Positions 1-12,845 of a stretch of 64,000 bases of DNA are shown here, in pieces; the stretch's first letter is position 1; each line of letters begins with the position of its first letter. The translations under genes and the position numbers were made by a program. A model generated the notes under the pieces. The model saw only the letters and a program-made list of their open reading frames with translations. It made no database searches and was not told where the DNA came from. The stretch is from the human T2T-CHM13v2.0 reference genome, Homo sapiens, in NCBI RefSeq assembly GCF_009914755.1, contig NC_060944.1. One strand, written 5' to 3'.

Positions 1-69
1 TTTCTTTGATTTCTTAACTCATTATTAAGACATTCATAATCAAAATGTGTATTATAAACTTATATATGC

Positions 70-945
70 TATGATATTGTGATAAAATAAATATACATTT
101 GGTCTCTGTCCCCAGCTCCTGGTCAGAGCTCCTGAAACACTTGTACCTTCCTAAATGATAAAAGCAACAGAAACATCTTTTGTTACCATATTTTGTTTTC
201 ATTCCCCACCCCTGACAAAACTCTGGTGCAATAAAGGTGAGAGGAGCATCTTTTGTTATTGATTACAAGCTCCTTACAACAACACCTGAGTCTGTATATT
301 GACAAAATGATTTTTGGAAAGTCTCTAAGGAAGGGGGCTGGTTGCCAGGAGAACCAACCATGTCATTAGAGGGTTGGAACTTTCAGGCCTACCCCCCAGC
401 CTCCGCGGAGAGGAGAGGAGCCAGAAGTTGAGTTCAACCACCAGTGGCCAATGATTTCATCAACCATGCCTACACGATGAAGCCTCCATAAAACCCTAAC
501 CAAAGCGGTTAGGAGAACTTCTGGGTGGTAAACACTGGAGGTGCTGGGAGGGTGGCATGTCTGGAAAGCACATGGAAGCTCTGTGCTTTTCCCCCTGCCA
601 TGCCCTGTGCAGCTGGCTATTTCTGAGCCCCACCCTTTTATAATGGCCAGTAATACAGTTAGCAAACTGTTTCTCCAAGTTCTGTGAGCCATCCTAGCAA
701 ATTATCGAACCTAAGCAGGGGTCATGGGAACCTCCAGTTGATAGCCAGCCGGTCAGAAGTACAGGTGGCAACATGGACTTGCGATTGGCATGTGAAGTGG
801 GGGTACAGGGAGCAGCCTTGTGGGACTAAGCCTAGGTAGACAGTGTCAGAATGGAATTGAATCATAGGACAGACACCCTGCTGGTGTCAGAGAATTGGTC
901 AGTGTGGGAAAAAAACTCACACATTTGGCATCACAAGTGTTCTGA
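70..945 (+). mobile_element. MER21-type ERVL LTR
   Basis: Characteristic blocks ggttgccagggagaaccaaccatgtcattagagggttggaactttcag and ttctgtgagccatcctagcaaattatcgaacc. Confidence 0.75.
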
Positions 946-1695
946 GAGAATGTAAAAGAAGTAAGGGTTTGTTTGGTTTTCCTTTTAATGTAGTTTAATA
1001 CATGGAAGACAATTTTTGTTCTCTAAGAACTATCCATCATTTCAGAAGGGTACTGTTTAATAGGAAGAATGCCTTCCATCACTTTTGAATGTGTTTCCCG
1101 AACCTTTCAGCTCATGTCCTCATTTTATTCCAGTACAAGTAGTTCTTTCATGGGGATATAGAGCTTGAGAATGATTAGGTAGCTGGATGTTAAGTAGTTT
1201 GTTAAAGAGATATATCTGTAAGGTAGTACTAATTATTACTTGTAGAACAATGCAAGTCAGGTAATTGGTTCTGTACATCATTTTTCTGCCATGGATTTAC
1301 TTTATTCCTGCCTTTCCTTGTGTGTTCACCCCCAGAGAAGTCATTTCTCCAGTTTGTGGCTGACCCTGTATTGAGAATGATACCTGGAGTGCCAGCTAGC
1401 TGACACATGTCAGATAGGATTCGAGTAGAATGTTGCAGAAACCCGGAGGCCATTTCTGAACACTTTACACTACTCAAGGTGGCAAAGGAGAGACATGGAG
1501 CCATTTGAGGTTATCTTGGTTCATGTGCTAATGTGCCTTATATTAAGAATTAATGAATTTCAGTGTCTCAGAGAAGCCAACAGTGGATCTCCCTTGCCGA
1601 TGTTTGTGTATTGCATAAAGGCAATCATATTTTAATGATCATATGAGCTACTTGTTTGGGGGCTATTATTTAATTGGAAACAAGTGAATTAACCA

Positions 1696-2408
1696 CCTAA
1701 TTCATCAAATCTAAGTTGCTATCAATTATAAGATGTACCTTTATTTTATGTACTATTAAGAAAAAAAATGCAGCCAATTAAATTGTAACACAACGTCTAA
1801 ATGAGAGTCCTGAACAGCATGTGAATCAGTCATATAAGTCTTAGTGCTTTGAAATTTCTTTCATCTATTCAGAGAGGGGAGGCAATTTACGTGCCCTTCA
1901 ATTGCATTATTTGCTGGGTGATGTGGAAAAATTTTTTTGCATGTGTCTCAGTAACAAAATGTAACACAGCTTCATCTCCTTGTCATCTTTTATTTGCTCC
2001 TGAAAGGCACTCAATCGTTGCATTGCAAGAAAACATGGAATTACATCCATTCCTCCAATGACTAATATTTGCTTCACTAATATCAAATTTGCACCTTGCT
2101 GCTCAGTTTCTGGGCCTTTATGGGAACACAACAATAAGCATTCATTTCAATGCCAAATCATGCTGTAATCTTTTTGAAGACATTGTCAGAAGCACTTAAA
2201 CTCAACACATATTGTGCGTATAATGCACATGACTCTCTTGAAGTGATGACAATGAACAGCCATGGCCAAGCACCCATGCACAGGTAAGGACAACTATGCC
2301 ACTGCTACTGCCTGGCTGACTGCTACTGTTGAAATGCTGTTGACTGTAAGGCTGATTTCAGGAATACCAGCTTAAAAAAATGTGCACACTAGAATTGATG
2401 AAATCCGG
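1696..2408 (-). mobile_element. Tc2-family DNA transposon fossil (Kanga1/MER104-like)
   Basis: Inverted termini cctaattcatcaaatctaag ... ctagaattgatgaaatccgg followed by TA. Internal minus-strand ATGTCTTCAAAAAGATTACA looks like a transposase start remnant. Confidence 0.6.
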
Positions 2409-4871
2409 TAAAATCCCTCAACTTAGCTTCCAAATCATTTTTCTAATATAAATGTTTAAGAATGGCCACAAGTGAATGTCATAGGGTGGCAATAATTTTA
2501 GCTTTTAAAAACATGCAAAATAATGATAATGCCCAAATAGGGAATATGGGTATATGAGGGATTGAGACAGATGGAGTTGAAAAGAGAAATATAAGAAAAA
2601 TGGAAGTGAAAGAAATTTACTCATTGAATCATAGAGGCTACCATGGCCCACTCTTTGACCCCTGCTACATGATTTTGAGTATGCTCTATCCAGTGTTAAG
2701 AAAAAAGCCAGTGTCCTAGAATCACCGTTACCCTCAGTGGATACCACAGACACAACAGTTTACACTTTTTCCGAAGTGCTGGAGCTACCAAATTGTTCTG
2801 AGCTTCCCAGTACCCCCAACCGAGAGGAAAGTTAAGTGAATCCTTCATAAAGCAAGTCTCAAAACCACAGCATGACCTCAACAGACTTATGCTCTGCGGG
2901 ACAGAGGTGTTGGTATTCATATCATACTTTTGAAACTTTTTAATTATTTTAGTAGAAAGGCTTTTTGAATTGCATTTTATGCCTGTGGAAGAGATTCCAA
3001 CTGATTGGTTCTATTTAAAATGTCTATACCCCCCTACCCTTTATTTATTTGTAATATTGCAATACTTTGCCTCAAAGAGGTCAACTTGAACTTTGAGCCG
3101 CACCACTGTAAATCTGTCATAATTTGTTTTGCTCAAATTGGGAAAACGAGAGTTTCTCAAGGAGAAAAGAGAGATAGAGAAGCATCAGAAAAATTACATT
3201 TATAAAGCAAAAGTAGGCTTATTACGGATTTCAGAAATTTTATTCCTAATGGGTTTGAATCTTTCCATCTTTCATTTCCTTGTATGGACAGAGCTCCCTT
3301 TGAAGTGTTTGGAAGCTTTCTGTAAGAAAAGATATATATACACATGGGTGTGAGCTGAAAATTGAGCTCATTGTTTTGCCCTTTTCAAACGTGTTTTTCA
3401 AAGATTTGCCTTTCATATTGCAGATGGGAGAGAGGATCTGCAATTTTACCTTGTGTAACATCTTTGCCTGAAAAGCTCAAAGTATTTGCAGACATTTTTA
3501 AAAGACTGGTTCCCATGTTTGCCTGCTGAGGAAAGCAGAGGTTCATGTAATTTACTACCATTTTATACCCGAGGAAACTGATATTTAGGAAAAAGAGGCT
3601 CAGAATTTCAACCAGTGGCAAAATTAAGAAAACAAGCCTAAACCTTGCCACCAAGCTAATGACACCCAGGCTAATGATCCCAAAGGTTGAATGTAACCTC
3701 CAAAAGAAATGCTATAATAAGAAAAAATTCACCATAGATAGACAGCATCATGATCCATTTTAGTATGAACCTTGTATGTATTATGTAGGATCATTTGTAT
3801 TTATTTTTATTGCTCTCTAGTGTATCAGCCTATTTATTGTTTTAATAACTCCCGATTTTGAATCTAACATTGAAATTGAGTTTCAGTAATGCTTTTGTAG
3901 TCATTCTAATTCATTCTAAGTGCAGAAGAGAAACCAAACCACATGCGGAAACACGGAACTTGGGTCTATGTATATCCAATGAAATTATATTTTGACCAAT
4001 TTTTTTCTATACACACAGAACAGTTAACAAATGTGCCTAAAACTCAAAACTGTGTATTTCAGTTCTCTTGACAAATGTATCTGAATCATGACATAAACTC
4101 AACTGAGTGTGCACATCAACATCATCTTTACTAAAAAGATCAAATTTAATCCTAAGTAGTTATAATTACATCCAGATTATTCATTTGGCCATTTAAGCAA
4201 ATGGAAATGAACCAACTAAAATAATTTGCAATACAGAAATTATGTCAACACCCTTTAAAAAGGGTCCATGAAACACAAAGTTGATGTATCTATTCTTTTA
4301 CCACTTACCAAGTGCCCCAAAATGCATGGCAGAAATTGTTCAGCTAAAATACAGCAAATGCTCAAAACGCAAAGACATAGTTCCTGACCTCTAGGAGTTA
4401 ATAGTCTAGTTGTAGGGTGGCAGGCAACCAAATAAATGGATAAAAGCAACCACAAACTCCTCCAGTAGTGACTCAGCTACTCACATGTACAGTCTTATTT
4501 CAGAAGCTCATAGGGAATTATAGGTAAAGAGGTTAAAACATTAACATTTGCTCATTTCTCTTCCCTATTTTCTCATCTCAGCCGGTCTCCCCTCCCATCT
4601 GACCTCCGAATCTTCCACATTCCTCCCCGCCCCGCAACCCCCAAGCTCAACTCTAGAATTTCCTAACAGGAGTATCAAATACTATCATTCCTTCCTTTCC
4701 TACCTAAGCAATGGAATCTATGGTTTGTATTTTAAAGTCATTATGAGAGTTGACATCAACTTTAAGGAATTTTTTTTTAGCCTTAAAAGGTTAGCTTATA
4801 CACCATGCTGTATGGTTTGTTTTATCTTGCTGGGTTACTGTTGATCTCTACACTTAAAATCATCCCTTTGT

Positions 4872-4985
4872 CAAGAATCACTTGAAACCGGGAGGCGGAG
4901 GTTGCAGTAGCTGAGATCGCGCCATTGCACTCCAGCCTGGGCAACAAGAGTAAAACTCCATCTCGAAAAACAAATAATAATAATA
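4872..4985 (+). mobile_element. 5'-truncated AluS (right-arm 3' portion)
   Basis: gaggcggaggttgcag...ccagcctgggcaacaagag plus A/TAA tail. TSD-like aatcatccctttgtc / aataatctctttgtc. Confidence 0.85.
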
Positions 4986-6378
4986 ATCTCTTTGTCTAAA
5001 ATGCTAACCTAATGCCATTAGAAAAATAGAAATGTCTTGAAAGGATGTGGAGGTAAGAATTGGATTTCCCATCCATATTATTCTTGGTATGGTAGGTAGG
5101 TAAATAGCTTACAATTCGCCCTGTTTAATCTTTGAAATAATTTTCCATTATGAGGATCATTTAATTCTGTCTATAAAATGTGAGTCAAGAACTAGGGCTT
5201 TTATTTTTACTTTCTATGAAGGAAATAAGACCCAAAACAGAATCTCCAATGCATGGGACATTTTTTGGCAGATGTTCAGAGGGAGAAAAGGAAAAGCTGG
5301 CTTGACTCATAGGATCTTGCATGTCTGTTTTTCTTTCCCATGAAAACTTGTAGTTTGAAGGAACATAAAGGAAGAAAATATTCTGCTTTCATTAAAAAAT
5401 AACCTGTGCTTCCTGCTTCTGTGCAAAATAAACCCTTCATAAAGCAGCAGAAGCCATCTTCATTTACAGTTGTCACTGAAGGATGTTTCCAGGCTGGGAA
5501 GAATTTTTTTCAAGGCATTTAAAAACCGTCTGTACTAATAAAAGAAAAACACGATTTTTTCAGGTCAGAAGACTTCATCATACCTGGCGATGGATATGTT
5601 TTTAATTAAAACCTGGGCACAAAATTGGGTTGACTGTGAATCATTGTGATGCCTGATCACTCTCCTGAGACACCCACCATCATTGGTACTGGTTGCCTGC
5701 TCTTGACACCGGAGGCCACTTTGTGTACTTAGCAGTTAGAAAGGTGATGTGTGAGGCCCGGCAGCTGTTGGTGTTACAGCTATTGTGTGGGAAACAAAAG
5801 CCATTCTGTTCTGTTCCCCAGCCTGCCTTTGTATCACGGATAGAGGAGCTGTTTCATAAATGAGGTATAATTCTTTACTGGAGAATTTCATTACTGCCCA
5901 TGTTTCAATGTTAGCTTACACTTCCAACAGCAGAGGGGAATGTCTGAACATATCTCCTTTTGAAAAGAATCTTGGCTTCTGACCTCTGTCAAGATGCTTG
6001 CATTTTAAATCTGTTAACTAGACCTGCGATTAGATGCCATCATTACAACACATATGCTTCCCACCTTCCTTGCTCTAGACCACCCAACCTAAGGCTGGCT
6101 AGAGTGTATTTGCTGTCAGCCTGCCTGTCTTGGAAATTAAGCAGAGTACAGTACACACTGGCACCCAGGTGAACCAGTAGGAACTAGATTTCTCGCACAA
6201 TTCCTCATGGATCTGTGCTAGGAAATTCTCATAGAGCAAATCAGAACTGACGTTTATTTGAAGAACATGCACTTTTTCACCCAAATGGTATATTTATTAT
6301 TTTCATTTAGAAACTATATCAATCTAGGAAGTTTTCAGTAGCATATAAAAAACAAACTGGCCTAAACAATCAAGGAAG

Positions 6379-6796
6379 TGCAGTGGGCTGTGTGGTTCTT
6401 CCCAGCCTTCATCCCTCCCTGGGCTGTGTCATTTGCTGTGTGATTTTGAGGTTCCTCCTTCTAAAGGTGAGTATATTTCCCTAACTCATGGATGTTAGGC
6501 TCAGCTACATGACTTGCTTTGGCCAGATTTTAAAAGTATTCCTATTTTCACTTACCTTTCACTTTTCTGCCATTGCCGTGAGAAGAACATGCTCTGGCTC
6601 TCTTGCATCAAATAAGAGAAATGTGAGGCAGGTTTGGAATCTGCAAATTGGAGCCAGACCCACCTGAGTCCAACCTAGATCAGCCTACTTCCAGCTGACC
6701 TAGAATTGCATGAGCCAGAATAAGTGACAGTTGTTTTAAGCCAATGCATTTTGAAGTGGTTTCACAGCCCTATTGTGGCAATATCTGACTGATATG
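6379..6796 (+). mobile_element. MLT1 (MaLR) solo LTR
   Basis: catgacttgctttggcca, ccattgccgtgagaagaacatgc, and the 3' end gttgttttaagcca...gcaatatctgactgata. Confidence 0.7.
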
Positions 6797-7130
6797 TATT
6801 GCTTATATAACTGAAGAGTCCAAAGGTAGTATGGGTTTCGGGTAGGGTTTGAAAAGAATTCCTGTTCTATTTCTGTGTGATTCTCTTGGGGCTTCAACCT
6901 GGGATGGTTTCCCTCTTGGCATGATGACCATAGCCATTTCAGGTTTCACGTTTACACCACGTGCCATCTAGAAAACAAGAAGGCTTCTCTTCTTCAACTA
7001 TCATGCAAAAGTCCTGGGCTTCACTCTGATGAGGTCAACTTAGGTCACATGTGTATCCTGACCCAGTCACTGAGGAAAGAGAGTGGGAGTATGCCACGTG
7101 GTTTACGTGAATCAGAGTCCCTCTTGAAAA
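6797..7130 (-). mobile_element. Old MLT1 (K/L-like) LTR fragment
   Basis: ttgcttatataactgaagagtcc ... cttaggtcacatgtgtatcctgacccagtcactg. Confidence 0.55.
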
Positions 7131-8523
7131 TGGGAGTGAGTCCAATCTCTTCCGAAATCTGTGTTGTGCCAAATTAAAGGTGGGAGTTGTAGGGTGGAAC
7201 AGATGTTGAGAGGTACAAGCAATGTTAATTATGGAGTCTGAATCTCCCACTTTTGTTTTAAATTTCTATCAATATATTGTTTGGCTCAAGCCATTTTCCT
7301 TCCTCCATGTTGCTAGGCTATCTAGAGACAGAGAAATGGGATTTAAGCTCTAGATCTGAGATGTTACCTTTAAATGGCAAAGCGCATGGCCACACCCATA
7401 CCCCTACAGTACTGGAAAGTGGGTGGGAACCCAAATAAGACTTTACCATTATTCTGTCAGACTTCCAACTCCTGGTATCCCAGGGTTTTAAGAAAATCCA
7501 AAGCAGGTTTGACCTATCAGAATGCGGAGATTTCTGATGTAGAGGATGAAGTTAATGCTGATGTAATTAACAGCATGGGATGAGGTGATAAGAATATCTT
7601 TCCACTGACTTCTGGTCACCATTGTTTCCAATGAGAAGTCAGCTGTAATCTTTGTCACTGTCCAGACACATAGTAAGCACCAAAAAATGTGTGTTGAATC
7701 AATGGATTAAAAATAGAACCAAGATCTTTTGGCACATATCCCAATGTTCTTCCAAGACTACTCTATCACTTCTTTGTAAAACTTTACTTTGCACATTTAA
7801 TGTACCCCTTGCAGCTTCTGCAGGGAAGTAAATGAAATCAATGACTAATTCAGGTAATTTTTGTAAACATGGACATTAACATGATCACCAGTTACTTTCT
7901 GTGCTTCTGAGAGGCCTCCTGACTCTGAAGTATCTGAAAGGTTGAACAACCCTAATAATTGAATGCATTTTTGCCATTTAATAAATGTTTGCCATTTTAC
8001 AAATATTATTGAGCATCTACTGTCCACAAGACACCGCGTTAAGTAACGTGAGGGACAGAGAATTGAACATGAGCTAAAACTTGTCTTCAAGTACCCAACT
8101 AATATAATTTGTCACTCAAGGTTTCAGGGAAACTGTGGACAGAAGAAAAGACTTGGGACCTTTCATGGAACTACAGATTCTCAGGGAGTAGCTTGCCTGT
8201 CTCCTTGTAGTGTTACTTACTAGTTGTCTCTAATCATTAAGGATCTCAGTTCTGTATGAAACATCTGTCAGCATTAAGACAACATCTTGAAAACCAGCAT
8301 TTTGATGTGACCTAGCTGGGATGTCAGGCATATCCACATGTTCTTACATTAATTTCTTAAAAACATCTTCCCATGCATTTTATGGTGGCTGTACATGGGC
8401 ACTATTAGGTTTGTTTTGGTGGTAATGTCCTGGTTAGATAATTCTACATAGTTGCAAATTTGAGGGTATGAACACTGCTACGTTTTCTTTGACTCCTTCT
8501 TTGTCTTCGTATTTTTTTTCCAG

Positions 8524-8651
8524 ATGAGTTATGCTTTAAACCATACAAACAGAAAACTAACATTGGAACCTAAAATTACTGTCAATGCCAAGATCATTGT
8601 GGTTGGTGCATCCAGTGTTGGAATTTCCTTCCTAGAGACATTGGTATTTTG
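8524..8651 (+). CDS. CFAP61: CFAP61 internal coding exon (128 nt, phase 0 to 2): [42 protein letters not shown](C)
   Basis: Pyrimidine tract + ttccag acceptor and TG|gtgagt donor. Open frame with a Rossmann-like [11 protein letters not shown] motif. Joins in frame to 26391. Peptide recognised as CFAP61/C20orf26. Confidence 0.95.
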
Positions 8652-8810
8652 GTGAGTTGTTTCACTCTATTGATTGATTGGTTTTTAAATAATAAAAATT
8701 ATCTTCCTACATCTGAAGAGAACACCATCAGAGAACAGACCTGAGATTGTTTGGTACTCCACACACCCTGCCTATGTGGATGGATGAATCAGTAGAAGAA
8801 TATTCTAGAT

Positions 8811-9048
8811 CAGGGGTTAGCAAACTATAGCCCTGAGGCCAGGCCTGGCTTGCCAACTGCTTTTGTAAATAAAGCTTTATTGGAACACAGCCACACTCAT
8901 TTATGTGTTGTCTGTGGCCATTTTTGTGCTACAATAGCAGATTAGATGGCAGACTCCTCTGCTGAGTAGTTGGAACAGAGACCATATGGCCTTCAGTGCC
9001 TAAAATATGTACAGTCTCACCCTTCCCAGAAACAGCCTACTGACCCCT
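8811..9048. mobile_element. MER58A (hAT-Charlie)
   Basis: caggggttagcaaacta ... gtaaataaagctttattggaacacagccac ... ctgacccc termini. Confidence 0.8.
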
Positions 9049-10820
9049 TTTCTAAAGGAATGTTTTCCTTACTGGCCCGATCACAAAAACCACCTGCAGC
9101 ATTTGTTAAAGATGTAGATTCCAAGATCCTGCACCCAACTTACAGAATCTGGACTCCTGGGGAATGGTCTAGGAATCTGTATGTCAATAGACACTCCACA
9201 TAATCAGGCAGGTTTGGCAATGAGTTTTGACTTCATACATTACAAATACACTTTCAGAAATGGCATGTGGGCCAGGACCTTTCTTCCAGCCCTTGAATTT
9301 TGGATCCCCTGGAACAGGTAAAACCCTTCAGGGAATATGGAGGCCTGTGCATCTCTTCTGATGCTGTTTTCTCATCCCCCTCAAAGCACTAAACAAGGTT
9401 TCCTTTCAGAGCCCATTTTTCTGATGGGTGATGCTCAGGGATTTCCAGCATCCCCAGTCTCTCTCTCCATGTGCTCACTTGAGCACCTCTTTAATAGAAA
9501 ACACCCTGGATTAGGGTCTGAGAGCTCGGGATCATGGCCTGGCATCATCAGCACCTAACATGGAGCCCTCAGTGTATTGTCTAGCTTCTCTCAAACTCGC
9601 TATCTTCATTTATTTTTTAAAAAGTTTCATAGATGTTTTAAAACCCTGACTTTGGGAACCACAGAACCCTGAATTAAGAGTCCAGTTTTTCCAAATCTTT
9701 TGCTCAGGATCACATGAAAAACTTTAGCTACCATTCAAAACTACAGGTGCTGAGAGGTAAGCAGGAGATGGGAAAATGCAGCCTACCATCACTCTTCTGG
9801 AAGCCAGCAGAGTTCTTAGCTCAGGACAGGTGGGGCCTTGTGAAGGGCTGGGTAAGCAAATGGATGGAGGAAATGACCCTCAAAAGGTGTATGTGCCTGG
9901 TTAACGTGGAGACGAGCTAATCCCAAGTGGTTATTTTGCTCATTTAACATCACATTAACCAGATAAAAAAAGAATTGATTTTTTCACTTTCTAGCCAGTT
10001 TGTTCAGTTCTCCAGAACATACTCTTAGGTAACTAGAAATAAATTATGAGTCATTACTGAAGTTAGTAACAGAGTTCATGTGCTTTGAATAATGTGGTCA
10101 GTCTGCAGCAATATTTCACTGCAAGCATGAAATGATGAGAAGCACCTAGGAATATTCCATTCCCAGGGTATGCCACGTTATAGTCTGAGTGCTTTACTTG
10201 TTCTGATGGGTCTCTTCCTCGAAAACTTTTGAACAGCAAGTTTTATGCAACCATTTTCGAATGATGAATTATTAAGGTGGAGCTGTGAAATTATAGCAGT
10301 TAAGAAGTTATAAACAGGTCTTAAATCTTAATTCAGCTATATACTTAGTCATAATGTTTTATTTAAATGATTACATTGAGACATATACAAGTAATTTTCT
10401 TTTTGTGGAGTCAACTTAGATCTAATAAAGACAAGTATAAATTTTGATGTAAGTATTGGGTCGATTAAATTTCCCAATCAAACAGAGCTTTTTAAAGCAT
10501 TCTAAAATACTCATAATTCTCTATCATCATTACACAGATTACGTACACTAAAAATAGACTGGTATCAGTTTACAGATCTCTAATCCTTAAGAGAGGAAAT
10601 AGTTTTCTCATTATTTTCTCTAATTATTTTAAGTCAGCAATCACCATGGTAACCTACTGCGTATTTTACTTTCCCAGTTTAACTGCCATTTGAACTTAAT
10701 TTTATACATGATTTGAGCTGAAATGAAGAAATACAGTTTTCACCCAACACTGACCACCAATGAGGATTGAATCTACATTTTGGAAGCAAAATTTAGGAGA
10801 ATCAGCCTCCTTGTAGTCTT

Positions 10821-11128
10821 TTTTGGTTTGTTTTTGTTTTTGTTTTGAGACAGAGTCTCACTCTGTTGCCCAGGCTGGAGTGTATGGAGCAATCTCGGTT
10901 CACTACAACCTCCGCCTCCCCCCAGGTTCAAGCGATTCTCTTGCCTCAGCCTCCCAAGTAGCTGGTACTACAGGTGCAAGCCACCATGCCCGACTCATTT
11001 TTGTATTTTCAGTAGAGATTGGGTTTCACCATGTTGGCCGGGCTGGTCTCGAACTCCTGGCCTCAAGTGACCTGCCCGCCTTGGCCTCCCAAAGTGCTAG
11101 GATTACGGGCAGGGGCCACAGCGCCCTG
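10821..11128 (-). mobile_element. AluS
   Basis: Full dimer in antisense orientation. 16-bp TSD gcctccttgtagtctt on both sides. Confidence 0.92.
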
Positions 11129-12729
11129 CTGCCTCCTTGTAGTCTTGAGCTGCATTGTCAGACTCAGCAGGGGCATCATCATTCCTGGAAAATCCACTCG
11201 AGGCTCAGGACAGTAACCTCTTTCTCCAGAAAATCTGGTAATTCTGTCATCTGACAACAAAACAAACACAACTTTGTTCTTGTATTATTTCCATGCAAGA
11301 AATTATAAAACACATTTGGTCTCCTCTTCAAAGGACACCAAAAGCAGTTTGTGTAAATTCCTATCCTTTCTTCCCCAAGTGCTGAGGTGCTACTGGGAGA
11401 GCTGAAGTGCTTTGCCCAAACTCACTACCTGATATTCCCTAGGATGTAAGCTCCATGTGATGAGGCAATACTGTGGTGGTGTTCTGACTTTTTATTTTTT
11501 TAAGTATGCTATTTTATCTGCTAGCTGTGTGCAGTTAATCTGCACAGACACATCTCCTTGTCTGTGGTTGTCAGGCCTGAGTCCTGCGTCTTGTCCTTCC
11601 TAGGAGGAGCCTGTTGGGCCCTCCAGCACCGGGAGACATGCATGGCAGGCATTTTCCTGGGGTGTCCCAGGATCCCAGTCTTTTACTTCCCCTGCTGTCC
11701 TCCGTGCCCTCCTGCTCCTGGCCCTGGTGATCCCCAGCAGAGCCGAGGAGCCAGTGGCCCTGCTCTCAGAGGCTTCTACAGTCTCCCTCAGCCCTGCGGG
11801 AGACCTCCAGGGGTGGAGATGGGCAGGGGCGTAGCGTCATCCAGGGTGGGGTGGGCTCAGCTAATTGGTTCCCTCCCCCCTTGTCTGGTGCACTTGGCCT
11901 CTGAGGGGAGCCCAGGAGGAAAGGACCCAGCCTTCTTTCCTGTCACCTGCCCAGCCAGCGCAGGAGCATGCGTGTTTGTGGCAAGGATCAGGAGCTGGGC
12001 AGGGCAAGGCTAGGGCTGTGGGGTGGTGCTCTTGCATTGCAGGGCATTGAGGAAGAAAACACCAGCTTGTACTATGGGGTAGAGGGCCGTGAATTGGAGG
12101 GGAAAGAACAGATCTTAAGACTGTGTGTTCTTCATAATGCCCAAGACATTTAAGTGATAGATTTGGATTATTTTTAAATGACTGTTCTTGTGATTGGTGG
12201 GTTGTGTTCATTTGGCCACCCCGTTCTTTGGGACTGAAAGTTCCTGGCTCGGACACTATGATGTCACATGTGCATTTTCCTTCTCGGTGCTTCCATTAAT
12301 AAGACTATTTAAAACCTCCAACCACTGGAGAAAGCAGAAAGAGCTTGGCCTCAGCCGTTAGCCCACCTCTGCTGCCAAGCAGTGTTGCAGCCCTGAGGGA
12401 GGAACTGTCCTCATCTGTGCTGAAGGAGAGTCCCAGCAGGGGCCCCCAGGTCCTGCCAGCCTGAAGGCGCCACCACGGTAGAAACTCCACAAACCCTCTC
12501 AGGGTGAGATCTGTAAAGTGAACTCACTATAAAGTGAACTCCCACCAAGTCTAGCATTGCTGAACTCCTCAACTGCAGTGCTTTGACTCTTTCAGGTTTC
12601 CACAAAGATATTCCAGAATCCTTTTTTTTTAATTATATAAATGCTATAGCAAAATAGAAAAAAAAAAGAAGAAGAAGAAGAAGAGAAGGAGCCGGAACCA
12701 GGTGTATGCACCTCTCTTCTGTTTCTGCA

Positions 12730-12845
12730 TCCTTTCACTCCTGGTGTGGCGCGTGGACCAGCAGCATTGATATCACCTGTGAGTTCGTTAGAAATGCACA
12801 ACCTCAGGCCCTGCCCCAGTGTCCCAAACAGGTTTTTTTCCAGAA
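12730..12845. mobile_element. MER5A fragment
   Basis: ggaccagcagcattgatatcacctgtgagttcgttagaaatgcac. Confidence 0.65.

Noticed and set aside
10823-11254. 143-aa ORF and similar Alu-overlapping ORFs (37604, 44942, 62952)
   Set aside because: Typical Alu-derived pseudo-ORFs with no splice or codon support.
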